Source of the DNA: an uncultured delta proteobacterium
GTDB taxonomy: Bacteria > Desulfobacterota > Desulfobaccia > Desulfobaccales > 0-14-0-80-60-11
Assembly: GCA_963841475.1 (NCBI GenBank)
Contig: CAWJCT010000001.1
Coordinates: 613,052-677,051, forward strand
DNA length: 64,000 nt
Direction: 5' to 3'
The position numbers and the translations under genes are program-made. Every line of letters starts with the position of its first letter. Position 1 is the first letter of the stretch. Shown here piece by piece: positions 8,734-18,422 of the stretch. The notes beneath the pieces are model-generated. The model saw only the letters and a program-made list of their open reading frames with translations, did not search any database and had not been told where the DNA came from.

Positions 8734-9636
8734 GCCTTGATAAACGTGCCGTTCTCGTACTCCTCGAAGGCCACCCGCAGTTCTTCTTCCGTGTTCATGA
8801 CGATGGGGCCGTACCAGGCCACCGGTTCCCCGATGGGGTGACCCGACACCAGGAGAAATCTCACGGCTTCCCCGGCCGTGGTGACCATGATCTGATCGCC
8901 GTCGCCAAAGAGGACGAGCATTTGATTGGCCACGAAAGGTTCTCTCTGCATGTCGAAATAGTTGACCCCTTCCACCTCATAGGAAAACGGATTTTTCTCC
9001 TGGCAGAAGTACCCCTGGCCTTCGATTACGTAGGCGAACACGGTGTGGCCCCGCCGGGTGGGGTGCAGGAATTCCCCGTGGGGAGGCACGGTGACATCGA
9101 GGTATTCCGGGTCAATGACGATGTCGGTCACCGGTCCGTCCACCCCCCTGGACCCGGCCGCAGATGATCCTGATCTTGACGCCGTTGTCCAGGATGACTT
9201 CCGGGATGGTCCGGCTCTTGACGTCCCGGTAACGGGGAGCCATCATTTTGTGGGATTTGGGCAGATTAGCCCAGAGCTGAAACCCGTCCATCACTCCCTG
9301 GGGGTCCCCCTGGGGCATTTCCTGGTGGATGACCCCGCTGCCCGCGGTCATCCACTGAACGTCGCCGGAAGTGATAATACCCTTATTGCCCATGCTGTCG
9401 CCGTGCTCCACGTCGCCGGTAAGCACGTAGGTGATGGTCTCGATGCCCCGGTGCGGGTGCCAGGGAAACCCCTTGAGATAGTGCTCCGGCCGGTTATTAC
9501 GGAAATCGTCCAGGAGCAGAAACGGGTCAAACTGGGGCACTTCGCTGAAGCCGAAGACCCGGTGCAGATGCACCCCCGCTCCTTCCAGCGTCGGTTTGGC
9601 TTTCAAGACCTTGCGGATTTGGCGCGTTGTCGTCAT
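8724..9636 (-). pseudogene. Pirin family protein, one frameshift near a C6 run
   Basis: N-terminal frame: MTTTRQIRK...FPWHPHRGIETITYVL...MTAGSGVIHQE...IRIICG. C-terminal frame: DGPVTDIVIDPEYLD...GEPVAWYGPIVMNT. The shift is near 9143-9148. GGAGGA RBS before the ATG at 9636. Confidence 0.85.
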
Positions 9637-9929
9637 GGTGGTCCTCCTACGAGTCTCGGGGGGCATAGGGAGGCAGCCGCGGCCCGAACTTGACGGGATG
9701 CGCCGTCTTTGCGGTTGCCTGGTCCCCGAATCGATGTACCCAATATAAGACCGGTTGGTTAATAAATCAAAGACCGGGCAAAAGAAAATTCCGACGATAT
9801 GGCCGATAAAGAAAAAGGAAACAAGCCCTTACCGAAAAGGCTCTTATCCGGACCTCCCCAAGCCCATTTTTTTGACAAAAAATCTCACCGGCCCCTTGTG
9901 TTTTTGGCAAGGATGATTAATATGATAAT

Positions 9930-10295
9930 TGCTAGGAGGGTCAGTCTGAGCACCGGGAAAAACGGTTACGGGGAGCAGGCCATTAGGCCGCACCCGGAAG
10001 AGGGCAGGGTCGCCCTCCGGACTGAACTTCACGGCAACCTGCTTTGGCCCTGAGCCAACGGCTAACATGGCCCACTGATGTTCGGATGGGTTGGCCGGGA
10101 GCTGCTAGCCGGAAAAGGCGACAGCCCGCTCCGCTGCCGGAGCAGAGAGAATGGCTACGGAACGTTTCGGGCGCAAGCCCGGCGCCTCTCCCTGCGGGAG
10201 GAGTGAAAAAGGTTTCGTGGTTCCGGGAAGCCGGGGATTTTCAGAGGAGTCTCCTCGTACAGCGGAGGCGTCTGAACCCCGGCTTCTTTTCATTT
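9930..10295 (+). ncRNA. Candidate structured RNA of unknown class ending at a strong intrinsic terminator
   Basis: 830-bp divergent spacer with no convincing ORF. Weak promoter (TTGTGT 9896-9901, TAATAT 9918-9923). Many local hairpins (GGGC-GCAA-GCCC, CCTCCC-TGC-GGGAGG). Terminator at 10227-10295. Confidence 0.2.
10227..10295 (+). terminator. Intrinsic terminator-like long hairpin
   Basis: GAAGCCGGGG...TTCAGA / TCTGAA CCCCGGCTTC (10 + 6 bp) followed by TTTTCATTT. The reverse strand has no T-run. Confidence 0.5.
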
Positions 10296-10485
10296 CAGCC
10301 CCTGGCCTTATCCCACCGCTTAGAGCCCTCAGGTATCGCACCATGACCAGGGGGGTTAGATGACCTGTCGATAATCCCCACTAAATCACCTTTTAAAAAA
10401 GGGGGGAATTACAACCCCCGGCCTTCAGGGGAGGGCTGTTTTTTATACCCCGGAGACCTCCATTTTGAGCAAAAATTTTGATAAA

Positions 10486-11550
10486 ATGGCAGCCATGGAC
10501 CGACGGGAATTTGTCAAGCGGGTGGGTCTGGGCCTGGCCGCGGGCTGGGCCGGGGGGCGGCTGTCTTGGCCCTGGCCTGCCTGGGCTGCGGGTCCGCAGG
10601 TGCGCTTGGCGCTGTTGGCCGACGCCCATCTCAAGGACGGCAATGACCGGCGGCCCGAGGCCCTGGCCCTGGCCCGGGCGGTAGCGGAGATCGGCGCACT
10701 CTCGCCCCGGCCGGACCTGGTGCTCTTCGCCGGGGACCTGGCCCACCGGGGCCGGCCCGACGCCCTGGATTTGGGCCGGGAAATCCTGGCGGACCTGCCC
10801 GGGCCCTATTGGGCCGTGCGGGGGGAAGGGGACCACGGCCCGGGGGGGAAGGCTGCCTGGGTCCGGCGCTGGGGGGAGCCCTGGTTCTCCCGGGCGTTTC
10901 GGGGTTTTCAGCTCATCGGGTTAGACACCTCCCTCACCCCCGGGGCCGCCGGGCCGGTCTTCGAAATCGGGAGGGCCCAGCGCCAGTGGCTGGCCCGGGA
11001 GTTGGCCCAGCTTGCCCCGGCCACGCCCCTGATCATCTTATCCCACGCCCCCCTGGCCCGGCTCTTTCACCCCTGGCAGCAGTGGACCGGGGACGCCCCG
11101 GAAGTGGTCCGCCAGTTGGGGCACTTCTCCCAGGTGCTGTTTCTGCATGGCCACGCCCATGGAGCCGGGATCAGTGAGCCGGGCCGCAGGGTCGACGGAA
11201 AAATCCCCCCTATCCCCCCTTTAGAAAAGGGGGAGAAGGTTGCGGGTCTCTTTGGTGGAGCAGGGGTTGGGGCTGCGAGTCTCCCTGTGCCAAAGGAGGA
11301 TTTAGGGGGATTTTCAGGGGGCCGGTTTGGTTTCAATAACTTCAGCCCCGGCGCTGATGTCAGCGCCAACCACAAACTTGAGGCCGGAAGCCGGGTATCC
11401 CTGCCCGCCACCGCCTGGCCCCGGCCCCTGGCGGTCCAGGGGACGCCGGCTACACCGCGCCCCGGACGGGGCCCCCGGGGTTGCGGCTGGGCCCTGGTAA
11501 CCCTGAGCGCCGCCGACCGGCACTTCCAGCCCTATCTCTGGCAGGCCTGA
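10486..11550 (+). CDS. Tat-signal metallophosphoesterase (calcineurin-like / CpdA-like)
   Basis: MAAMDRREFVKRVGLGLAAG twin-arginine signal. Motifs LLADAHL, FAGDLAHRG, ILSHAPL, LHGHAHG. The C-terminal part contains a palindromic insert. Confidence 0.75.
   Translation: MAAMDRREFVKRVGLGLAAGWAGGRLSWPWPAWAAGPQVRLALLADAHLKDGNDRRPEALALARAVAEIGALSPRPDLVLFAGDLAHRGRPDALDLGREILADLPGPYWAVRGEGDHGPGGKAAWVRRWGEPWFSRAFRGFQLIGLDTSLTPGAAGPVFEIGRAQRQWLARELAQLAPATPLIILSHAPLARLFHPWQQWTGDAPEVVRQLGHFSQVLFLHGHAHGAGISEPGRRVDGKIPPIPPLEKGEKVAGLFGGAGVGAASLPVPKEDLGGFSGGRFGFNNFSPGADVSANHKLEAGSRVSLPATAWPRPLAVQGTPATPRPGRGPRGCGWALVTLSAADRHFQPYLWQA
11198..11315. repeat. MITE-like palindromic element lying inside the metallophosphoesterase ORF
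   Basis: Terminal inverted repeats GAAAAATCCCCCCTA (11198-11212) and TAGGGGGATTTTC (11303-11315). Internal hairpin TCCCCCCTTTAGAAAAGGGGGA. Translated as IPPIPPLEKGE. Confidence 0.5.
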
Positions 11551-11712
11551 GGCTTTTGAGAGGAGGCCCCCGAGCCTCGAACTCCCTTCCTGTCTCCCGG
11601 CACCGGCCAAAGAGTTCTGCAAAAAATCCCCCAGAGTTGAGGTTCGGGAATACTTTTATCGACTCATTCTTGCCTCTCATACGGAGTTGAGGGGCCGGTG
11701 CAAAGCTTTGTT

Positions 11713-11823
11713 GTCATCCTGAGCGGAGTGCAGGATCTCATAATTTCTCGTAGTTATGAGATTCTTCAGTCGCTCCGCTCCCTCAGAATGACAGGTGAGG
11801 GGGACTTTAGCAGAGGTCTCACG
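11713..11823. repeat. 111-nt repeat element (family A), inverted copy of 61833-61943
   Basis: GTCATCCTGAGCGGAGTGCAGGATCTCATAA...TTATGAGATTCTTCAGTCGCTCCGCTCCCTCAGAATGAC plus a 31-nt flank. The reverse complement matches 61833-61943 over the full length with few mismatches (by eye). Confidence 0.8.
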
Positions 11824-11847
11824 TTGCAGATAAGCGGTAATTCTTTT

Positions 11848-11909
11848 GTAGGGGCGGACCTGTGTGTCCGTCCTTGTTTTAGGGCGCGCCCCGCTAGGGG
11901 CGCCCCTAC
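11848..11909. repeat. GC-rich hairpin repeats (family B)
   Basis: GTAGGGGCGGACCTGTGTGTCCGTCC and GGGCGCGCCCCGCTAGGGGCGCCCCTAC. Same family as 48368-48429 and 51748-51808. Confidence 0.7.
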
Positions 11910-12173
11910 GATTGCGCGCTTTTTGATGGCGAACTGGCATAAAATTAGTCTGCGCTCAAAAAGGTAATTTTCCTGAGCAGGTTGCGTCTGGCGCACCAAG
12001 AATGGCTCGTGAGACGCGCCCTGCGGATTCTATTTCCTTGGGAGACTATTCTCTGGGCTCTATGATGCTTTTTCGGGAGTAACCCGGTGATAGCCTAAAG
12101 ATGCCCAGGCAGACAGACGGGGCGGGCCTGCACTCGACACGAGCCCCAAGGCGGTATATAATGCGAACCGGCT

Positions 12174-12998
12174 ATGATTGCTGATAAAAAAGAGCCGTTA
12201 CTCCGCATCGAAAACCTCACCGTGCACTACGGCGCGGCCCAGGCGCTGTTCGGCGTCGATCTGGCGGTGGGGCCGGGGGAGACCGTGGCCCTGGTGGGGG
12301 CCAACGGGGCGGGCAAGACCAGCCTGCTCAAGGCCGTCATGGGGCTGGCGCCGCCGTCCGGGGGCCGTATCTGGCTGGACGGGGACGACGTCACCGGTTC
12401 AACACGCCGCGGCCATGGCGGCCCAAGGCGTGGCCCTGTGCCCCGAGGGCCGGGAGATGTTCGGGGACCTGACGGTCAAGGAGAACCTGGAACTGGGGGC
12501 CCTGGCCTTAAGGATCGGCGCGGCCGGAGATGGCCCGGCGCCTGGCCGCGGTTTCGGCCCGGTTCCCGCAAGCTGAAAGAACGGGCCGGCCAGCGGACCA
12601 ACACCCTCTCCGGCGGCGAGCAGCAGATGGTGGCCATGGGCCGGGCCCTGATGGCCCAACCCCGGCTGTTGCTCCTGGATGAGCCGTCCCTGGGGCTGGC
12701 GCCGCTGATCACCGACGAGATCTTCGACATCATCAAGCAGCTGACCCGGGCCGGGGTAACCATCCTCCTGGTGGAGCAAAACGCCGCCCGGGCCCTCACC
12801 GCCTCCAGGTCGGCGTATCTTTTGGCCAACGGCCGGATCGTGGGCCAGGGCCGAAGCGACGAACTCCTGGTGGACCCGGAATTGCGCCGGGCCTTCCTGG
12901 GGGCGGGTTCCGACAACAACCCGGCGGCGTCCCGGCTGGGCGCGGCGGGATTGACCAATATCAGACTGGAGAAGCCGAATTTGAGCAAGCAGACCTTT
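12174..12998 (+). pseudogene. livF: Branched-chain amino acid-type ABC transporter ATP-binding protein (LivF-like), two frameshifts, no stop before the next gene
   Basis: Walker A GANGAGKTS, then the alternate frame QGVALCPEGREMFGDLTVKENLELGA, then LSGGEQQMVAMGRAL and LLLLDEPSLGLAP, ending ...RRAFLGAG near 12905. The frame stays open into the paaK ATG. Confidence 0.8.
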
Positions 12999-14291
12999 AT
13001 GCCGTCTTTCAAGACCGAGGACGAACTCAAGGCCCACCAGCTGGCGGGGCTGAAGTGGACGGTGCGCCACGCCTACGAGGGCTCCAGCTTTTACCGGGCC
13101 CACCTGGACGACGGCCGGGATTTCCCCGGACGATATCCGCTACTCTGGACGACCTGCAAAAACTGCCGCTGACCACGGGCGAAGACCTCCGGGACGGTTA
13201 CCCCTTTGCCTTCCGGTCCGTGCCCTTTGAGCAGATCGTGCGCATCCACGCCTGCAGCGGCACCACCGGCAAACGCAAGATCCTGTGCTATACCCAAAAG
13301 GACGTGGACGACTGGCGGCATTTCTTCGCCCGGGCCTACGAGATGGCCGGCGTCACCCCCCTGGACCGGGTGCAGATCGCGGTGGGCTACGGGGTCTGGA
13401 CCGCGGGGGTGGGCTTCCAGGCGGGCTGCGAGGCCCTGGGGGCCATGGCCCTGCCGGTGGGGCCGGGAAACGTGGACCTGCACTGCGAGTTCCTGGTGGA
13501 CCTGCAGAGCACGGTGCTGTGCTGCACCGCCTCCATGGGCCTGCTGATGGCCGAAGAGGTCAACAAGCGGGGCCTGGCCGACAAGATCAACCTGAAAAAG
13601 GTCATCTATGGCTCGGAGCGCTCCTCGGTCTCCATGCGCCGCAAGATTTCCGAACTCTTCGGCGGGGTCGAGCTCTTCGACATCCCCGGCATGACCGAGC
13701 TCTACGGGCCCGGGACCGGGATCGAGTGCCCGGACCACGACTGCATCCACTACTGGGCCGACTACTACATCCTGGAGATCCTGGACCCGGAGACCCTGAC
13801 TGCCGGTCCCCGACGGCGAGTGGGGGGAGATGGTGGTCACCACCCTGTGCAAGGAGGCCGCGCCCCTGATCCGCTACCGCACCCGGGACATCACCCGCAT
13901 CATCCCGGGGCCCTGCACCTGCGGCGTCGTCCTGCCCCGGCACTCCCGCCTCCGGGGCCGCACCGACGACATGTTCAAGTTCCGGGCGGTGAACATCTAT
14001 CCGTCCAGCGTCGACCGCATCCTCTCGGAGGTCCCGGGCCTGGGCTCCGAGTACCAGATTCACCTGACCCGGGACGACGCCGGCCGGGACCACATGCTCC
14101 TCAAGGTGGAGCGGGGCGAAGGGGTGGAGGCGGGCCGCACCGACGAACTGGGCCGGGAGGTGCGCTACGTGGTCAAGCACCGGCTCATGGTGACCCCGGA
14201 GGTGGTGGTGGTGGGCTACGGCGAACTGCCCCGCTCCGAGCGCAAGAGCCAGCGGGTTTTTGACGGCAGGATTACGGATTCGGTGGTTTGA
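12999..14291 (+). pseudogene. paaK: Phenylacetate-CoA ligase family protein (PaaK / F390 synthetase-like), two frameshifts
   Basis: MPSFKTEDELKAHQLAGLKWTVRHAYE..., IHACSGTTGKRKILCYT, ...EMVVTTLCKEAAPLIRYRTRDITRI...RTDDMFKFRAVNIYP. Shifts near 13110 and 13805. Confidence 0.8.
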
Positions 14292-14311
14292 TACCGTTAA
14301 GAGGTTATATA

Positions 14312-14622
14312 TCAAGGTGTTAAAATAACTTGGCCAACAGATTGGTCACTTGCAAATTCAGTTGATTCATCAAGCCACTCCGTATTACTGCCCATAGCGC
14401 CGTCCAGATCATCTTCAGAGGTGGCCATAGAGTGCACGTTCATTCCGACAAGGCTGTAGCCCAAGATCGTATCCCTCTACCCCTTATCAACCCCGGCACT
14501 CAGCATAATAGTTTTGACCGTCCGCCGACTATCGTGAAAGGTGATCCCAGCAGGCACCATCTGGCCGCGAGCGATTCCAGCCTTTGCCCAAGCTTGATTT
14601 GAGCCCGGGCCGACGAAATTCT
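14312..14622 (-). pseudogene. Tyrosine recombinase (phage integrase) C-terminal fragment, degenerate
   Basis: The minus-strand frame reads NQAWAKAGIARGQMVPAGITFHDSRRTVKTIMLSAGVDKG*RDTILGYSLVGMNVHSMATSEDDL. The HDxRRT and LGH-like boxes are recognisable. It has an in-frame stop, the catalytic RY is lost and no N-terminal part is present. Confidence 0.6.
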
Positions 14623-14727
14623 CTCAGCCCGGTGCCGACCCTCGCACGACGGGACTTAATATGGTAAATTGTTTTTTCTATCCAAGCCGTTAGTACTGCT
14701 GCCTCATCCTGGAGACAGGGAAAAATC

Positions 14728-17700
14728 ATGTCGAAATTTTCTCTATCCAGCCTGCGTAGTCGTGCCGTTATCCTGGTCCTGCTGGCCATTTTTCCGCTGC
14801 TGGCCTTGACGTTCTATTCGTATTTCGACCAACGCGACCGGGCTATTCATGAGGTGCAAAGAGACGAGTTAGTTGCGGCCAGGCTCCTCGCCACTATCCT
14901 GGAGATCACAATCAGCGACGCCCGGCAGCTTCTGGCGACCCTGGCCGAATTGCCCCAGGTGCAGCGTCGGGACCGGGCCGCCTGTGATCGGCTGTTTGCC
15001 AGGGTGCTGGAGCAGACCCCCTGCTATGTGTCCCTCGTGGGCGCCGACCCGGAGGGCATGCTTTTCAGCAGCGCACCTGCCGTCTCCGGTCCAATCAATT
15101 ATGCGGATCGCCTCTGGTTTCAGAAAACCATTCAGACCCGGGCCTTTTTCGTCGGCGAACCTCTTTGGGGCCGTGTCAGCAACAGGTACACCTTCAATGT
15201 GGCTTACCCCATTCTGGACGATGCCGGGCGGCTCCGGGGGGTAATTACCGCCGGGATAAATCTGGACTGGCTGGGAACCCTGCTGGCCAAAAGCGATTTC
15301 CCGCCCACCACCGCTATGGTTTTAACCGACTCCTCCCGTAAGGTTATCTTCCGTTATCCCGAACCCAGGAAATATGTCGGCAAAAAGTTGCATGATTTTC
15401 TGGTCAAGGCCATGACCCTCAACGATGAAGGGGTGGCGGCAGGGGTGGGATTGCCCGGAGATGCGCGCCTCTTCGCCTTTGCCCGGCTGTCACCGCCCTG
15501 GCAGGAGATGCTGGTGGCCATCGGACTCCCCAGGGTATGGGCTGTGGATCCGGTTAATCGCGTCTTGTGGCGCAACCTTATCTGGCTGGGCCTGGTGGCA
15601 ATCTTCGCCATGGCCGCGGCCTGGTTCGGCGGGGACCTTTTTATCGTACGGCCGGTAAAGAAGCTGAGAGCCGTTACCCAACGGCTGGCGGCAGGGGATT
15701 TGACCGTGCGTGCCGGTCCCGATTTCGCCGGGGGGGAAGTGGGGTTCCTGGGTCAAGCCTTCGATCAGATGGCCGACTCCCTGCAAGAGCGCGAGGAGGC
15801 GCTCAGGGAGAGCCAGCGCCAGGCGGCTTTCCTGGCGGACTTGCTGGAGAGTTCCTCCCAGCCTTTCGGGGTGGCGCGTCTGGATGGAGGCCTTGAGTTC
15901 TTTAATTCCGCCTATCCTCATATGCTGGGTTACAGCGAAGAGGAATTTCATAACCTTGATTGGGCTCGAGACCTCACGCCACCGGATTGGCTTGAGAGGG
16001 AGCAGACGCACCTGCAGGAACTGGAGCGTACCGGCCAACCGGTGCGCTATGAGAAGGAATATTTCCGCAAAGACGGCAGCCGTGTGCCGGTGGAATTATT
16101 GGTGCATTTGCGTCGGCTTGAGCAGGGGTCAGCCGCATTGTTCTTCGCCTTCATTACGGACATAACCGAGCGCAAGCGGGCCGAGGCGGCCTTGAAAGAG
16201 TCGGAGGAACGCTACCGCAGCCTCTTTGAGAACAGCAACGCCGTAATGTTCCTGGTGGATCCCGGAACAGGCGCCATCGTGGACGCAAATCTGGCGGCGT
16301 GCAGCTATTACGGCTATTTCCGGGAAGATCTCCAGGCCAGGAAAATCACGGACCTCAACACGCTCTCTCCGGAGCAGGTGTTCGCCGAGATGCGGAGGGC
16401 CAGGGAGAGACAGCAGGATCACTTTTACTTCCAACACCGCCTGGCCAGCGGCGAAGTGCGTGACGTGGAAGTGTTCAGCGGGGTGATCCAGATTAACGGG
16501 CAGGACTTGCTCTACTCCATTGTCCACGACATTACCGCCCGCAAGCAGGCCGAAGGGGCCCTTAGCGAGAGCGAGGAGCGTTTGCGCCTGTTGGGGGACA
16601 ACCTGCCGGAGAGCGCCGTCTATCAGTATGTCCATGAGGATGACGGCCGCGTCCGCTTCCTTTATATGAGCGCGGGCATCGAACAGCTCAACGGCGTCAG
16701 TGTTCAAGACGTGCTGAACGATGCGGGCACGCTGCGCAGGCAGGTCCCGCCCGAGTATTTCGAGCGGCTCGTCGAAGCCGAAGCCAAGAGTGGCCGCGAA
16801 CTGTCAGACTTCGATATGGAAGTGCCGATGCGCCGGCCCGACGGCCAGGTGCGCTGGATGCAGTTGCACTCTCGTCCCCGCCGCATGGCACATGGCCGCA
16901 TTATCTGGGACGGCGTGCAAACCGACATCACCGAGCGCAAGCGGGGGGAGGAGGCCCTGCGGGAGAGTGAAGGCAGGTTCCGAGGGTTATTCGAAAGTAT
17001 GACCGAGGGGGTGGCGCTGCACGAGATCATTTACGATGACCGGCATAAGCCGGTGGACTACCGCATTCTCGCCATCAATCCCGCCTTCACCGTACACACC
17101 GGTCTGCAACCCGAACAAATCAACGGCCGGCTGGCCAGCGCCGCGTATGGCACAGGCGAGGCCCCCTTCCTGGAGACCTATGCACGCGTGGCGCAGACCG
17201 GGGAACCTGTTTCTTTCGAGACCGTTTTCAAACCGTTGCAACGGTGCTATTACATTTCCGCCAGTTCCCCCCGGTCTGGTCAATTCGTTACCGTTTTCGA
17301 GGACATTACCGCCCGTAAAAAGATGGAGGAGGCCCTTCGGGAGCGCACCTCCCAGTTGGAGTTTGCCAATCGGGAGCTTGAGTCCTTTTCGTATTCCGTG
17401 TCCCACGACCTCAAAGCCCCCATCCGGGCCATCGCGGGCTTCTCCCGGATGCTGGCGGGCGAACATGCGGCGCGGCTGGATGAAGAAGGGCTCCGGCTGC
17501 TGAACGTCATCACCAGCAATACCAAGCTTATGAGTGCCCTGGTCGACGACCTGCTCGCCCTCTCCCGTTTGGGCCGCCGCGAAATCAGGAAGGGCAGCAT
17601 CAACTTAACCGTTCTGGCCCGGCAAGTTTTTGAACAGCTCAAAATTCAAGAACCCGAACGGGATCTGCAAGCTATTCTTAAAGACCTGCCTCCAGCCCTG

Positions 17701-18045
17701 GGCGATCAAGCCTTGCTGCACCAGGTCCTGGAGAATCTGCTTTCTAACGCCATTAAATACACCAAGACGAGAAAGGCTGCAGTCATTGAGGTGGGGGGCA
17801 GGGAAGAGGAAAACGAAACCATTTACTATGTCAAGGACAACGGGATCGGCTTTGATATGCGGTATGCCGGTAAGCTGTACGGCGTCTTTCAACGCCTACA
17901 CGGCGGCACGGAATACGAAGGCACCGGCGTCGGCCTGGCCATCGTCAAGCGCATTATCGAGCGCCACGGCGGCCGGGTCTGGGCTGAGGGGAATGTCAAT
18001 GAGGGCGCGACCTTTTATTTTGCTCTGCCCCAGGACAGGGTTTGA
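14728..18045 (+). CDS. Sensor histidine kinase: TM-Cache-like-TM-HAMP, four PAS domains, HisKA, HATPase
   Basis: 1105 aa, intact. Periplasmic Cache-like region (YADRLWFQKT...NVAYPILDD), HAMP (LAAGDLTVR), repeated PAS units ending in DITERKR, H-box FSYSVSHDLKAPIR, ATPase DNGIGFD...GTGVGLAIV. Confidence 0.9.
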   Translation: MSKFSLSSLRSRAVILVLLAIFPLLALTFYSYFDQRDRAIHEVQRDELVAARLLATILEITISDARQLLATLAELPQVQRRDRAACDRLFARVLEQTPCYVSLVGADPEGMLFSSAPAVSGPINYADRLWFQKTIQTRAFFVGEPLWGRVSNRYTFNVAYPILDDAGRLRGVITAGINLDWLGTLLAKSDFPPTTAMVLTDSSRKVIFRYPEPRKYVGKKLHDFLVKAMTLNDEGVAAGVGLPGDARLFAFARLSPPWQEMLVAIGLPRVWAVDPVNRVLWRNLIWLGLVAIFAMAAAWFGGDLFIVRPVKKLRAVTQRLAAGDLTVRAGPDFAGGEVGFLGQAFDQMADSLQEREEALRESQRQAAFLADLLESSSQPFGVARLDGGLEFFNSAYPHMLGYSEEEFHNLDWARDLTPPDWLEREQTHLQELERTGQPVRYEKEYFRKDGSRVPVELLVHLRRLEQGSAALFFAFITDITERKRAEAALKESEERYRSLFENSNAVMFLVDPGTGAIVDANLAACSYYGYFREDLQARKITDLNTLSPEQVFAEMRRARERQQDHFYFQHRLASGEVRDVEVFSGVIQINGQDLLYSIVHDITARKQAEGALSESEERLRLLGDNLPESAVYQYVHEDDGRVRFLYMSAGIEQLNGVSVQDVLNDAGTLRRQVPPEYFERLVEAEAKSGRELSDFDMEVPMRRPDGQVRWMQLHSRPRRMAHGRIIWDGVQTDITERKRGEEALRESEGRFRGLFESMTEGVALHEIIYDDRHKPVDYRILAINPAFTVHTGLQPEQINGRLASAAYGTGEAPFLETYARVAQTGEPVSFETVFKPLQRCYYISASSPRSGQFVTVFEDITARKKMEEALRERTSQLEFANRELESFSYSVSHDLKAPIRAIAGFSRMLAGEHAARLDEEGLRLLNVITSNTKLMSALVDDLLALSRLGRREIRKGSINLTVLARQVFEQLKIQEPERDLQAILKDLPPALGDQALLHQVLENLLSNAIKYTKTRKAAVIEVGGREEENETIYYVKDNGIGFDMRYAGKLYGVFQRLHGGTEYEGTGVGLAIVKRIIERHGGRVWAEGNVNEGATFYFALPQDRV

Positions 18046-18422
18046 GGTCGTCAGAGGTTTTGCTCAGTCAGCCGCTAGGCTTTTTATGCCAGGTCGGAGG
18101 ATATTGCTTTTCCAGCGCCTTTGCAGGTCATTGCCTCCACCCGACCAATGCTCCCAAAGAGGCAACTCTCCAAAGGATTTCTTGACTGCGGTGGCCAGGG
18201 TTGCCGAATAATCCCGGAAAAAAGAAAGATGTTCAACTCTCTCCTAAAATTTCTGGTAATGGTTCCCAGCAAAGATTATAAAGCTTATATTTTTTGACTG
18301 CCTGAGCAAAAAGATCGCCGCACGGCATGAGGGTCCCATGAGGCTGAAGCACACCTCTGGGCCGGCTTAAACATTTTACCTTACCTGGCCTGCAACTCAT
18401 TGCAGGGACGGGGATTGGACCG

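Noticed and set aside
9930-10295. RNase P RNA, tmRNA, SRP RNA or a cobalamin riboswitch in the 9.6-10.5 kb spacer
   Set aside because: There are short resemblances (CUGAACCCCGGCUUC versus the RNase P ACAGAACCCGGCUUA; CCGGAGCAGAG). However, the conserved blocks (GGAAAGUCCGGGC, the tRNA-like end of tmRNA, the B12 box) are absent or in the wrong order.
11677-11967. ORFs 11677-11940 (minus), 11698-11967 (plus), 61812-62075 (plus) and 48241-48435 (plus) as hypothetical proteins
   Set aside because: They are read-throughs of repeat families A and B. The same peptides (VPLTCHSEG..., RADTQVRPYK) appear wherever the repeats occur, in either orientation.
12174-14291. A genuine LivF-PaaK fusion protein
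   Set aside because: Both parts already need several frame corrections. The linker has no homology, and a single indel would expose an out-of-frame TGA. I treat these as two genes with a lost stop until reads say otherwise.
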